From Octopus vulgaris (taxonomy: Eukaryota), in the NCBI GenBank assembly GCA_951406725.2, contig OX597824.1, positions 56,172,001 through 56,236,000 on the forward strand: a DNA stretch of 64,000 bases. Direction: 5' to 3'. A program made the position numbers and the translations under genes. Below are positions 10,251-23,839 of the stretch, in pieces; position 1 is the stretch's first letter, and every line of letters starts with the position of its first letter. The notes beneath the pieces were generated by a model, which saw only the letters and a program-made list of their open reading frames with translations, did not search any database and was not told where the DNA came from.

Positions 10251-10944
10251 TTCTAAGTTTATTTTGAAATTTCAAGACATAGGAGGTGCAGGCATGACTG
10301 TGTGGTAACAAAAACTACCAACTACTAATATAGAGCATTCCAAGCAATGAAGAGAATTTATTTTACTACTGTTCTGATTACCAGTTGCTCAAGGACATCT
10401 GCTACATACAATGTCCTTATTTACTTAGGCATTTACCTAAAACTAAAATACACAATACACCAACATGATTTTTTAGTGAAATTAAAATTTTAACATCTTA
10501 GTGTTATTGTTAGGAGCCGAAGTTAGGATCAGTTTTATAAGCATATTTCAAAATTTCATGGTAGATTTTTAACAAAATACTAATTTCATCATTATATTAA
10601 AAAAAAAACAAGCTGCTAATCTGGAAGCATTTACCTAAAACTTAAATACATGTAAATGTTCTTTTTAGCTGTTACCCATAATCAAGAATGACTTGGTAGT
10701 AAGAGATTTTTAAAATATATAGCGAAGGAATGTTATCTAATGTTTTTTGCTTTTTCATAAGTTGTTTTGTTCATTAATATATGCAGGATCTGCTCTGTAA
10801 AATGAACATAATTTGTTAACATGCAGTGCTAAATTCAGTCCTTTTCACTGCAATGAACTGGCTTATCTTTTTGGTTGTGCATTCTTCTTATCCATTTAAT
10901 GTCCAAAGAAACTAGAGATAACCAGATGAATGTGCATATAGAAA

Positions 10945-12200
10945 GCATGATTATTTTTAAAGTATCAGAGAAGTACTTAGCTAAGAATAAACAATTATAC
11001 ATGGCATGCATTGATCTAGAGAAAGCCTTTAATAGAGTGCCCCACTGTGTGATATGGTGGGCTCTGACGAAGCTAGGGATAGATGAGTGGCTGGTGAAAG
11101 TTGTACAGGCTATGCACAGAGATGCTGTCTGTAAGGTAAGAGTTAATCACAAGTACAGCAAATAATTTGGTGTACAGGTAGGGGTTCATAAAAGGCTCAG
11201 TTCTTAGTCCCCTCCTTTTCATCATCTTCCAGAGGAATTCAAGAACAGCAGCCCCTGGGAACTATTATATGCTGATGATCTTGCCCCCATAGTGGATTCC
11301 ATATCAGAGTTAGGTGAGATAGTCCAGGCATGGAAAAAAAACCTGGAATCCAAAAGCCTTAAGGTTAACTTAGCAAAGACTATGGCCTTAGTAAACAAGA
11401 AAACTGATGGAAACATACTCCACTCAGGTAGGTGGCCCTGTTCAATTTGTAGGAAAGATGTAGGCAGAAACTCCATACAATGTAGCAAGTGAAAGCTGTG
11501 GATGCACAAGAGGTGCAGTGGATTAATAGGAGGTTTATCAGAGCAGCTACATTTTGTATGTGGAAGATGCACAGGATCCATAAAAACTTTAGAGACTCAA
11601 GAAATTGATTCTCTCAAATTCCCTGGTGGCTCATTAGAGGTAGTACATAATTTCTACTACCTAGGAAACCAAATCAGTAGTGGGAGAGGATACACATAGA
11701 GTGTAATGGCTAGAATAAGAATAGGATGGAGGAAATTCAGAGAAGAGAGCTGTTAGCTGCAAAAGGTTTCTCTTTCTGAGTAAAATGAAGATTGTATGAT
11801 GCATATTTACTGACAGCAATTCTACATGGTAGTGAGACTTGGGCTCTAAATGCAGAGGGCATGCAAAGGTTAGAAAACAATGAGACTAGTATGCTCTGCT
11901 AGATGTGTAATATAAGTGTACATGTTCAACAGAGTGCTAGTGTTTTGAGAGATAAGTTAAGCATAAGAGGAATTAGTTGCTGTGTGCAAGAGAGAAGACT
12001 GCACTGGTTTGGTTATGTGATGTGGATGGATGCTGACAACTCCATAAAGAAGTGCCAATCTCTCAAAATAGATGGAACACATGAAAGTGGAAGACATGGG
12101 ATGAAGTACTGAAGAACAACCTCAGGATGCTGAACCTTTCAGATGAGATGACAAAGGACTGAGATGCCTGGCACCTTGCTGTACTCAAGAAGACCTATAC
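10945..12200 (+). mobile_element. Degenerate RTE LINE RT and C-terminal region
   Basis: DLEKAFNRVPH, PWELLYADDL, KVNLAKT, WPCSICRKDVGRNSIQC and VQERRLHWFGYV, with stops and frameshifts. Confidence 0.9.
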
Positions 12201-12639
12201 TCTACAGCAGAAGTGTTAAGACCAGTCCCTTTTGATGTCCTGTTTTTTTTAATATAAAGAGTAATTTATCTCTCAACTGAGTTGCCAGTGTTAAGTAGTG
12301 TATTTGCAACCAAAAATGCTACTTGCTTCCTGAAACCTTGTTGAGAAATAGATCTCTAATTTATAACATTTAAAGCAGACCTAACAATATCAAGAATGTA
12401 AATTCATGCCAACAAACTTATACTGCCTTTATTCATATGTCAAAATATGTGGTTGGCATCAGGAAAGGTATAGAAAGCATACTGGAGCTGATATTGAAGC
12501 TAGATGCAGTCTTATGGCTCACAAGATTCTGTCAAACCATACAATTTATACCAGCATGAAAAACAGACATTAAATGATGATGACAATACATACAACAGGC
12601 TTCTTCCTTGTTCCCATCTTCCAAAGCTAAATGATAGGC

Positions 12640-13620
12640 ATGGTTTCAAAGTGGGTCATGGCTCAGCTAATTAGGAAGAGAGTTAGCCTGGATGAGATGT
12701 AGTTTGGTTCTGTGCCAAGGAGAAGCACTACTGATGTTATTTTCCTTGTAAGGTAACTGCAGGAGAAGTATTGAGCAAAAAATAAACCTCTGTACATGTC
12801 TTTTATCAACATGGAGAAAGCCCTCATCTGGAGGTAGATGAATAGTTCATGAGAGCCATCCAAGCTATGTACAAGGATGCTGTCAGTAAGGTGAAAGTTA
12901 GCAATGAGTAATACAATGAATTTAATGTGCAGATAGAAGTTCACTAAGGATCAGTTCACAGTCCCCTCCTCTTTGTCCTACTTCTTCAGGCTATAACAGA
13001 AGAATTTTGGTCTTGGGAGCTTCTCTATGATGATGACCTTGTTCTTAGAGCTGAATCTCTACAAGAATTAGAAAAGAAATTTCAGGTGTGGAAGAAAGGA
13101 CTAGAGTCAAAGGGCCTAGTAAGTAGGAAAGCAGAAACATTACTAATCCCTTTTGGGAGATGACCCTTCTCAATTCCATATAGTGTATGCAATGCAAATT
13201 ATATATACATAAGAGGTGCAGCAGTATCATACGAAGGTTAACAAAAATTGTAGTCTTTGTATGTGGCATGTACAATAAACACTAAGAATGAATATAAGGA
13301 AATAGACTTCTTCAAATGTTTGGGTAGGAGGTCCTTAGAGGTAGGGGATAGCTTTCATTACCTAAGCAACCAAATTAGCAATGGAGGAGGATGCTTTGAA
13401 AGCATAGTTTTTAGAATAAGAATCATCTGGGCCAAGTTCAGAGAACTATTACCTTTATTAGTTACAAAAGGGTCTATCTCTCTCTCTCTCAGTGAAAAGC
13501 AACCTTTATGATGCCTGTGTATGGACAACTATGCTACATGGTAGTGAAACATGGGTTGTGACTGCAGAGGTCATGCAAAAACTTGAAAGAAATGAAGCCA
13601 ACATGTTCCACTGGACAGGT
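12640..13620 (+). mobile_element. Degenerate RTE LINE RT fragment
   Basis: Remnants include GSVPRRSTTDVIF, WELLYDDDL and RIRIIWAKFRELLPLLVTKG. Confidence 0.85.
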
Positions 13621-14207
13621 AGATGAATAGCACAACCAGTCATTGAATGATGATATGAGAGAGGGAGACTGTATCTTGTGCCAGCTCACAGTACCTCTCT
13701 GTCTGGTTTCTGTGGTTGAAGAGAAGATAACCACTCCAAAATACATACATCCCAGTTTGGTCAGGTGCTGCTGTGAGCTGATTTGGTGTATTTACATTCA
13801 TTTGTCTATAGTGAGAAATTTTCTCTATAACAAAACACAGTAAATGACTTTCTTACAGGTTTGAATATGCCTCAAGATATAATATAGATATAATGTTTAC
13901 CTTTGTTGTTACATTAAGTGTTGACTAGAAATTCTATGGATATATTTTGTTGTAGATTACAGCAATAAAATGGGGCACTATTAACACAGAAGTAATTTAA
14001 TATCTTTCTCAAGATATACTGAAAATGGAAGATAGGTATTAATTCATTTCCTCTAACACCTTTGAGAGAGCAAATTGCAAAATGTTAACTACTACCTAAT
14101 AAGTATGTGCTAGCTTTGTATTCAAATTTAGCTAGTTCTATAATTTATTGTATTATGTGGGTTTTTTACTCTTTCTATAATTTGTATTTAATTTTTTTAA
14201 ATATTAG

Positions 14208-14313
14208 TACTGTCTTGATGTTATTGAAAATGATGGTTGAGTACTGTGAATGTGTTAAAGATATCCCAGCTGCTGCACAAGACATTGTCACAAGATTGAT
14301 TGACTTGCTCAAG
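14208..14313 (+). CDS. VPS54: VPS54 internal exon B
   Basis: tattag| acceptor; 106 nt encoding (G)TVLMLLKMMVEYCECVKDIPAAAQDIVTRLIDLLK; |gtatat donor. Matches recalled VPS54 TVLLLIRIILEYCQCVDNIPSVTTDMLTRLSDLLK. Confidence 0.93.
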
Positions 14314-15268
14314 GTATATACATATATTTTCAATAAATTCATATTTAACTTATTTCTGTGTTTATATATATATGTGTGTGTGTGTGCATGTGTAAAGTTC
14401 AAGGAGGGTGAGAAGACAGATTAGTTTATCATCCTCCTCGTCCAGCCAATACATATTGGGAATACAATCAAATATATACATATATATTTTTTATTATAAT
14501 CCCAAGGTTGGGCAATCACGATATATATACAGAAAATTACATGAGATAAAAGAAATTGAATTAAAATCATGAGCAGGTGAGATGTTTAAAAGATTTACAA
14601 TAGTCCTCAAATGAAGTAAAATTAAATAGAGCAAGGTAGTTTTAAACTGTCTTCAAATGAAATAAAAATAAAGTAGTTCATGAATGAAATAAAAATATAA
14701 TGAAGCGAGATATCTTATCGTTTCTACTTTGGTAGCCGCATTTCCTTCATCAGAGATAAAAAATTTTAAAGTTTAGGTTTTGTTTTAAAAGTTTGTTTTT
14801 TTTTAAAAAAGAGTTTATCACACAACTGTGTGATCTAGGTAATAAATATAGAAATGGCGAGAAAGTTGTAAATGAGTATAAAGGAAAAAATAAAAATGAA
14901 AATTCCAAGCAGTCCGGTGTGTATAAAATAAATTTTCATGTCTTATGATTACTAGAAATACAAGATTATATTTATACCTATACTAAATTATATACCTAAA
15001 TAAGGATGAGTGATCTATATTGAGAAACTCAGTTAGCATTTTAAGAAGCTTTTTTCTTTTCTTTTTTTTCTAAACTTTTGGAAGTTGATAGCAACTTGTG
15101 CCAACATGAGGTCAAAACCTTGGATATCTTATTCAACAATAATTTTTTATCTGTTCTTCATATATTTATGGCTTCTTTCAAACAAAGGCTACAGGTTTTT
15201 ATATGGTGCACCCCCCACCCCATCGTTATAGACCATTTTAGGGAGTATATTCTGTTACTAGTTTTTAA

Positions 15269-17485
15269 CCCTTTCATTACTATATTTCTGACCAAAATAG
15301 TGAGTTTCAATTAAATTCTAAAATAATCATGAATTTAGGCTTGTTTCATTAAATAACTAACTTTTTTACTTATCAACATATTAATGTGATATTTGGAACA
15401 TAATTAAAGAAAGGGTTCTTAATCAATTCTATTGCATAACTTTTGTGTCAAAGTGACTTTAATTACAGGTAAATTGAGCAAAAGGTAAAAATATTAAAAT
15501 TTTGTTTAAACATCACCATAGAAAATGAATCATCAGCTAATATTCAATTGGGTATGCAACAAAATTTTGATAAAGAAGAATTGTGCACATCACTATATCA
15601 TCAGTTGAATTTAATGCACAACAGAACAGGTGTACCATAAAGGTGGAATAAACTGAAATACTGGAATCCACCTAAATCCACCGCAAGTTTGACCGAACCA
15701 AGGAAATCGGTCAAAAAATAATATACGGCCCTGGTTATGGTATCATCATCATCATCATCATCATCATCGTTTAACGTCCGTTTTCCGCGCTAGCACGGGT
15801 TGGACGGTTTCGACCGGGGTCTGGGGAGCTAGGGACTGCCCCAGGCTCCAGTCTAGTCTGGCAGTGTTTCTACAGCTGGATGCCCTTCCTAACGCCAACC
15901 ACTCCGCGAGTGTAGTGGGTGTTTTTTACGTGCCACCTGCACAGGTGCCAGAGGGGTCTGGCATCGGCCACGTTCGGATGGTGCTTTTTATGTGGGGGGG
16001 AGGTGCAGAAATATAGGGGAGCACCAGTGGGGAGGGGTGGTTCAGGGAAATGATGGCAGGTTCTAGGCAAGTAGAACATAGGATATCAAGAGAGGGGTAA
16101 TGCATGGTGAAATAGCGTATTGAAGAGGGGTTCGAAGAGTAGACACCTATAATGGTGGTGGGAGAAGCGACATCCGGTATAGATGGAGCAAAAATATAGA
16201 AATATCCGGTATTGGTGGTGGGGGTGGGGTGGGCAGGGCGGGTGCACCGCGAATACACGATGGTTGATTATAGTCGAGAGGAGAAATGGATAAATTAGTT
16301 AAATAATTAGATAGATAGAAAAATTAGATAAAAATAGTTAGATAGATAAGAAAGCATGTATGATCGATCGAGAAGTGAAAATAAATAAGCATTCAAACTT
16401 ATCTGCGCTCGGGTGCTAGATGAATAAATGAGAGAGCAATGTTGGGGCTGCCTTTTTAAGTAAAAATTGTCCGGAAGAGGAATTTTTGGACAAGGCGGAA
16501 GTGTATTAAAGGAACAGGCTTCAAGATGGCGGATTATAGTCGAGAGGAGAAATGGATAAATTCCAGACCACATCGTTCCCGAGGCCATGCTGACTAACAT
16601 TATTTTCCCTGTATAAAAACTAAATCCACAGCAGTACCCAGTATTTGCTTCACAAATTTTCCGAACTTTGATCCCCCATTTTGTGTTTGTTTACATTCTG
16701 TGTAAATTTGTTTCCGCAATGATCATTTCAATCAATAACTTTCAAACCACATCGTACCCTAAGCCATGCTGACTAATACTATTTTCCCTGTGTAAAAACT
16801 AAATCCACAGCAGTATCCAGTATTTTGCTTCACAAATTTTCCAAACTTTGATCCCCCATTTCGTGTTTGTTTACATTCTGCGAAACAGTTTGTTTCCGAA
16901 GTGATCGCTTCAAACAAGCATACTGAAAAAAATAAAAGTCTAATGGTTTCGCTTCCTAAGAAAGACTATAGATAAACTCTATCTATCTCCTCAGAAAAAT
17001 TGCTAATAAAAGCATTTTTAAAGTTTTTACTTCATTTCGATGTAAAATCGTCTTTGCTGTCGTTATCGCTGCTTTGTTTCTTCGGAATCACTGCTTTCGG
17101 AGAAAGAAATATCCTATTCATTATTGTACACCACGTGCTTCTGTACCTCATTCATTTTTTCTCTCGATATCTCCCTATTTTCCATTGAAAAAGCTTTAAA
17201 TTCGGAATCAATGCTTGATAGCATGAAACTTCTATCCATTTTCACAGTTGAAGAAAAATCGATGCTGAAAAAAATCTCCCAAAATTCACTGAGTTGAGAT
17301 ATCACATCAAGCAATGTCGGATACTATAACCCAACTATTTACAAAGTGAAATCACGTGTTTTAACGAATGTACCGAGATTTGGGTTCAAATTTACATTTA
17401 AATAACAATAGGTTCTCTCAGCCGGGTTGGTATTATGAACCAAAAAATTTTTCGCCTGGCTACAGCCAGATTAGTAACAAAAGGG
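15269..17485 (+). mobile_element. Non-autonomous piggyBac-type element, copy 1, with nested insertion
   Basis: TTAA|CCCTTTCATTAC ... GTAACAAAAGGG|TTAA. Internal ~183 bp tandem duplication (16563-16910). Inverted homolog at 28991-30097. Confidence 0.88.
15743..15990 (-). mobile_element. RTE 3' tail nested in the piggyBac-type element
   Basis: (CAT)n then GTTTAACGTCCGTTTTCC...GCCCTTCCTAACGCCAACCACTCCGCGAG. Absent from copy 2. Confidence 0.85.
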
Positions 17486-18690
17486 TTAATTTATTTCTGT
17501 ATATGACCAAACCAGTTGAATTTTTCGTATTCTTCTTAACAAACAAATTCATATGTGCCCTATATCTAATCTTGAAATTTGTAGTGCTTCCAATGTATAC
17601 TCTATTAACTTCGTTTAAAGTATTCACTTCACATTTATATACTACATTGTTGCATAGACACTGACCATCTAGTGCACAATTATTTTGGGAGGGACAATTG
17701 CGACTTTTTCCTACAGGACCATCCAGTTCTTTATTATTATTTCCTTTGTTACTATTAGTATTTGTCAAATTTCATATTTTAAGCCTATTATTTGTGGCAA
17801 TAATTGATCCGAGGTTCGATGTTGTGGAGTAAGGAAGTTTCAGAATCAATTTGTTAAAAATAGAGTGGTGCGTATGAGTTAAAGGAAAATTATTCTCAGT
17901 TAATTTAAAGAATAACTGGGGGAGGTTTTTAACCTGTAAGGAAAACAGTGGGTAAACCAAATAATATCCTGTTTTTTTTTAAAGAATTTCCTATTTACAT
18001 TAATATTCTGTTCCATTATTACAATTTAAATTCTTATTTTTCATATATCTACATTGTTGTCCTAGTTCAAGAGGGTCAATATTAGATGGGATATCTATAT
18101 CTATATTCCCAAATTTGGGATCATTCTAGCCAGTTTAATTCTAAATACAGTATTTTTTTATGTATATTATTTTCATGTTAAAGCCACTATTCATAAGGGC
18201 CAGATTATACATGTGTGCATGATTATTATGTATATGTATGTATATATTTGATTGTATTCCCAATTTGAATATGTATTGGCCAGACTAGGAGGATAATAAA
18301 TTAATCTGTCTTCTCTCCATCCTTGAACTTTGATATTTGCTCAATATATTGAGCCCTTCCATGTTATTTCAGGAAAAGAGTTACACTCTTTTATTATTTG
18401 ATGTGTGTGTGTATACACACACACACATACATGTAGTTCAAATTTACAGAAAACAAAATATGAAGACAGGTGAGAGATCAACAAGTGGCTGTATTAGTTT
18501 AATGCTCAAGAAGAATGGAAAAGTTTTTTGATGTTTTGAGCCTATATTCTTTGACAGAAAGGATTAAGATGAAAAAAATAGAGAGAGAATGATAAAAAGC
18601 AGAGAGAAAAAAATGTGTAGGGACTAACAGTTCAACATTTTATATATATATAAGAGAGAGGGTACATACGCCGCTATATATATATATATA

Positions 18691-19501
18691 TGTATAAAAA
18701 ATACAAACTGGGACAAGAACGCAAAACATTTTGATGACGACACAAAAAACACAGACGGGACATTCGAAGCCTTCAATCTTCAGTCAAGAACCAGATCATC
18801 CTCGCAATTTCGGCTAATTAATCTTGAGATTGCTCCAATCTGGCCAGCTCCAGGGAAAAACTAAGATAAGCACATTAGATTCCTTGGAAGAAAGCTTCGA
18901 ATGCATACAAAACAAGGACAGAAAAACTGACGATGTTACATGAATATGAATACAAAAATAATACGTAAAAACAATAATAATAATATTAATAACAATAACA
19001 GGACATCACGAACAGGCGTCTTTCGACTAGGACGAATTAAGCTTAGCTGGTGGGTTAGGAATGTACCTTGGGGCAGAGAAAAAAAATGTTGGTGTTACCA
19101 CGACGGCTCCTAGACTCAAAAGGCCAGCAGCCGGTCAGTCAGTCACGTGTGAAGAGAAGAGAGAGGAATCAAGGAAGGGGAGAAGAGAGAGAAAAAGAGG
19201 AACAAGGAATTAAGGAGGAGGACAAGAGAGAGTGAGAAAAAGGGACAGAGACAAAGTGAAGTGCAAAGAAATGTAGGAGAGGGGGGGAGAGACAGTGTTG
19301 AGTCATACCAAGTTTAGAGAAATGTGTAATTACATATAAGAGAGAGGGTAGATTGGAGCAATCTTAAGATTAGTCAGCTGAAATTGCGAGGATGATCCGG
19401 TTCTTGACTGAAGATTGAAGGCTTCGAATGTCCCATCCGTGTTTTTTGTGTCGTCATCAAAATGTTTTGCGTTCTTGTCCCAGTTTGTATTTTTTTATAC
19501 A
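18691..19501. mobile_element. Probable Penelope-like remnant with ~150 bp inverted arms
   Basis: 18691-18841 is the reverse complement of 19350-19501. The terminus AAAATACAAA.TGGGACAAGAACGCAAAACAT is shared with the 5470 hairpin. Flanked by (TA)n. Confidence 0.75.
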
Positions 19502-19629
19502 TATATATATACTGTCTGTCCATCCATCTATCTATCTGTCTGTCTGTCTATCTCTCTCACTCTCTATCTATCTATCTATCTATCTATCAACCAATCAATC
19601 AATCAATCAGAAATAGAATAAATGACAAG

Positions 19630-22600
19630 GCAATAATATTTAGCAGGATTGAAGGAAAGTATATTTCATGGAGCAATAAATACTTGTTTCACTGATTCAC
19701 TATCTCCTAGCTGGTGTTGGCAAACATCTTTTCAGAAACTTACCAAACAATCTAGTGGATACATAATGCAAATGGACTGTATTCTCATTGGTAAATGGGA
19801 GAGGCAGATACTTGTGAATGTAAAGTCCTTTCCTGATGAAAAATGTACTATCCAACAAAGGCTAGTAGTTAGTGTCTTTAGACTTAGTGCTAAGAAGAAC
19901 TTAGAGACTCAAACCAATTTGGTAAAGAAAGATATGGAAGCTTAAGTATCCTTCAAACAGTCAGAGGTTGAGAGATGTTCTAATTGAAGAATTTGGCATA
20001 AAGAACAATTGGAAATTTTTTATGAGACAACTTACTGAGGTCTAAAGACCAAATTTATGGCTGGTGCAAAGTTCCAACCTGGCCAAGGGTTATATGGTGA
20101 AAGAACAGTGAAGTAGTAGAGAACTATACCAAGTAGCTAGAAGATGAACTAGGAAACTGGTGTATTTAGTAAGAAAAGGATAAAAAAAGGAAGAACTTTG
20201 CCAGTGTTCTACAAGATAAGGACCAAAGGCATGTATTTCAGATTGCAAGACAGTATATCAGAGAAATTCAAGAGGTGGGAGAAATGTGTGTACAGAAAGA
20301 TAATGGTACACTTGCACTTAGTGGTTCTGAAAAGAAAGAGGCATGGAAGTACTACTATGACAGGCTACTAAATGTGGAAAATGAATAGGAGAATGAGTTT
20401 TCCTAATGTGAATCGAGTGGAAGTAACAGCCATTTTTGTTGACAGCAGTGAGATAGACAATGCAATTAATGATATGAAGACTGGGAAAGCCCCTAGTACA
20501 TCAGGAGTTAACACTGTGATGCTTAAATTATCTGTTGGAATGAGATATAGCCTAGTTACATGTGAAGTAAATGAGATTGTCCAGGTGGGTATCATGCCCA
20601 ATGACTAGCGTAGCAGCAGCATAGATAACTGTTACAAAAGTAAAGGAGACGCCCTAGAGAGAAGTAATCACAGAGGTTAGATTGGGTCATGAAAATCACT
20701 GAAAGAATTATAGCTCAATTAATTAGGGAGAAAGTTAGGCTAATCATTGGAGTTTGATACCCACCTGGACAATCTATTGATGCTCTCTTTATAGTACAGC
20801 AACTGCTAGAGAAGTATTTAGCGAAGAGTAAACCATTGTACTTGGCATTTATTGACCTGAAGAACGCCTTTAACAGTGTTCCTCACTCTGTGATCTGGTG
20901 GTTGCTGTGGAAACTAGTGGATGAAAGGCTGATGAGAACCATATAAGTCATGTAAGACACTTAAGGTGTCTAGGATTGCAAGACAGTATATCAGAAAGAA
21001 GTAAAATGTCATTGGGAAGAAGTGTATTTGAAATTACGTAAAAGTACACCTGCTGTTACTACTGATGACAAGAGGTATGAAAGTAGTAGTATGAGAGGTT
21101 GTTGAATGTGGAGAGTGCATAGGATAAAGAGGGGTTACTACATGCTGAACCTACAGAGGAACCAGCAGTTCAAGTTGACATCTATGTGATAGGCAAAGTA
21201 TTAAGGATATGAAGGCAGGGAAAGCTGCTGGCCCATTTGAGATAATAGCTGAGATGATCAAAATATTGACTGCTACAAGTTTAAAGGAAATCCTTTAGAA
21301 GAAATGGATCTTTACCTTTTGACCGACTGATTTAAAAAATAATTTTTTGAAACTAAACACTTTCAAACTTCGGATACTTGTAGCATGTGTCATATAAAAC
21401 ATCTTTTACTCTTAGAATTTTTGAGAAAAGCTTATATTTAAGAAGTTATTTCACATTAAAGTTGAAGTATTTCGGTAATTTCAACCAGTCAATGACGTGT
21501 ATTCAGCTGAATAAAATTACTGCTGTTGTTTGTCAACAAGAACTTCCGGCGGTGTATATTTTGTTTGTCACTGTTATTTATGACAACCCTAACTCTAAAA
21601 CCTTAATCCTAACCCTAACACCCTAACTCTAAAACCCTAACCCTAAAACCTTAAAGCTAAAACCAGTACAAACATGCGAACAATGTCATAAATAACAGTG
21701 ACAAATGAAAAATACACCGCCGATTGTTGTTGTTGACAAACAATGGCAGTAATTTTATTCAGCTGAATACATGTCATTGATTTGGTTGAAATTACCGAAA
21801 TACAACTACTTTAACATGAAATAACTTCCTAAATATAAGCATTTTTTCAAAAACGCTAAGAGTAAAAGATGTTTTATATGACACATTCTACCAGTGTCCG
21901 AAGTTTGAAAGTGTTTAGTTTCAAAAAATTATTTTTTAAATCTGTCGGTCAAAAGGTAAAGATCCAAAGAAATCATTGAGGCATCAATGTGGACTAGGTT
22001 ATGCAGAGAGTTGTACAATTAACTGGAACACAATTAGCTTAGATGAAAAGGAGTTTGGCTTTATGCCTAGAGGAGGTAACACAGATGCCATCTTCCTAGT
22101 GAGACAACTTCTGGAGAAATACTTACCTAATCCATTTTACCTGGCATTTGTTGACTTGGAAAAGGCCTTTGATAGGGTGCCATGCTCTATGGTCACTAAG
22201 GGAACTAGATGTAGATGAATGTCTTGATGGGCTCTACAAGTTATGTACAAGGTGAGGATCAACAATGAGTCCAGCTAAAAATTAAGAGTGAAGGCAGGGG
22301 TCCTTCAAATCTCAGTTCTCAGTCCTCTCCTATTTGTCATAGTCCTATAGGCCATCATAGAAAAGTTTAACACTGGCTGTCCATGGAAAATCCTATATGC
22401 TGATGATCTAGTTCTTATTGTTGAATCTATAGTGGAATTGGAGAAATTATGAGTATGGAAGCAAAATCTAGAATTGAGAGATCTCAAAGTAAACTTAGTA
22501 TAGATTAATGTGTTAATAAGTAAAGAAGAAAGGCCCTGGTATCTTCTGGGAAATGGCCTTACTTAATATGTAGGAAGGTGTAGATAGGGACTCTTTATGC

Positions 22601-23260
22601 AGTATAAGTTATGGACATACAAGGTATAGTGGAGTAGCAGGCAGGCTAACAGAGAAGGCAAGCTTTGTATGTAGGAGATGCACTGGAGCATACTAAGAGC
22701 ATGCTGATAGACTTTCTAAAATGCCCAGCTAGAAATAGTTGATAGCTTCAATTACCTAAGTGACATAATTACCAAAGGAGATGGCTGTTGAAAAGGCATA
22801 GGATCAAGGGTAAGAACAAGCTGCAAAAATTTTCTGGGAGCTTTTGCTGGCAGCAAAGACCTTCTTCCTCAAAGTCAAGGACATATGTATGATGCGTGTG
22901 TTAGAACTCCAATGTTGCATGCTAGTGAAATGTGGACCTGGAATGTAGAAGACTTGAAAGAAATCAGACGAGCATAGTCTGACAGTCAAGAGAAAAACTA
23001 CATATGAAAGAGAAAATTGCAAAAAGAATCAGGTGTAATTACATGAAAGAATACTGCACTGGTATGGGTATGTGATGAATATGGAAGATGAATGCTGCAT
23101 AAAGAAGTACTGAGCACTCTTAGTGGAACCTGTGCAAGAGGGAAGCCAAAGAAGACTTAGGTGAAAACTGACTTGAATATGCTATTTCTCATGGAGGAGA
23201 TAATGAAGGATCATACTGATTAATGATATGTGGTATTGCAGAAGACATCACCACCCAGGG
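19630..23260 (+). mobile_element. Two heavily degenerate RTE LINE ORF2 segments, interrupted by a foldback element
   Basis: DMKTGKAP, FGFMPRGGNTDAIFLVRQLLEKY, LAFVDLEKAFDRVP and PWKILYADDL. Confidence 0.85.
21306..21965. mobile_element. Foldback/MITE with ~280 bp inverted arms and a telomere-like (CCCTAA) loop
   Basis: GGATCTTTACCTTTTGACCGAC ... GTCGGTCAAAAGGTAAAGATCC. Flanks GAAGAAAT / AAAGAAAT match at 7 of 8 positions (candidate 8-bp TSD). Confidence 0.92.
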
Positions 23261-23839
23261 CAAAACATACTCTGACACAAGGATTTTAGAAGCTGAAAGA
23301 TATTTTGTCTCTTGTCAAGCCTGTATATGCTGCCTTCTCACTTTTATCCCCCCCCCTCTATCTATTGTTCACCCATCCTTTCACTCATAACTCTTCATTT
23401 GTCATCTTCCCATCACCTGTGCATAATCTTCATCACTATGATTTCCTTACACTTCACTAAGCATTACAGACTGCATTAGTGTATTTTCATCATCTTTTTC
23501 TATACACCCTACCATCTACTCTTGCCTTTGTTCACTACTACCAGTCACTCTTTCCTGATCATACTTTTCAATCATACTTCTTTTCATCCATCCATTTTGA
23601 TCCTTCTGATCTCCTCACTCTCTCTTCTTAGTCACCTGAACAAATGTACGTACCTGAGGTGATTGAGTACTCCCTACATTTACACTCTTCCCCTTCCCCA
23701 ACCGTTTCTGGCCTTTATGCTGTCATCACACTCTTACTCTCCTCCTCAGTCTATATGTCTTACGTTATTGTGTATTTTCTGCCCTTACTGTAAACTGGGA
23801 CAGTAGAAACCTTGATGTCATGTTCTTTTTTAGCTAAGA

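Larger units (their letters stand above)
14394..18331 (-). mobile_element. Penelope-like element (GIY-YIG endonuclease remnant) with inverted terminal segments, split by a piggyBac-type insertion
   Basis: 17490-17768(-) encodes CALDGQCLCNNVVYKC..RVYIGSTTNFKIRYRAH. The coding remnant resumes below 15268 (LKWSI..PY..CLKE..LLNK..CWHK). 14394-14480 and 18236-18331 are inverted copies of each other. Confidence 0.8.

Noticed and set aside
14107-14424. 105-aa ORF as a complete gene
   Set aside because: Only 14208-14313 is VPS54-like. The rest is intron read in frame, bounded by clear AG and GT sites.
21586-21660. True telomere or chromosome fusion scar
   Set aside because: The repeats are short, degenerate, in one orientation, and confined to the loop of a foldback element.
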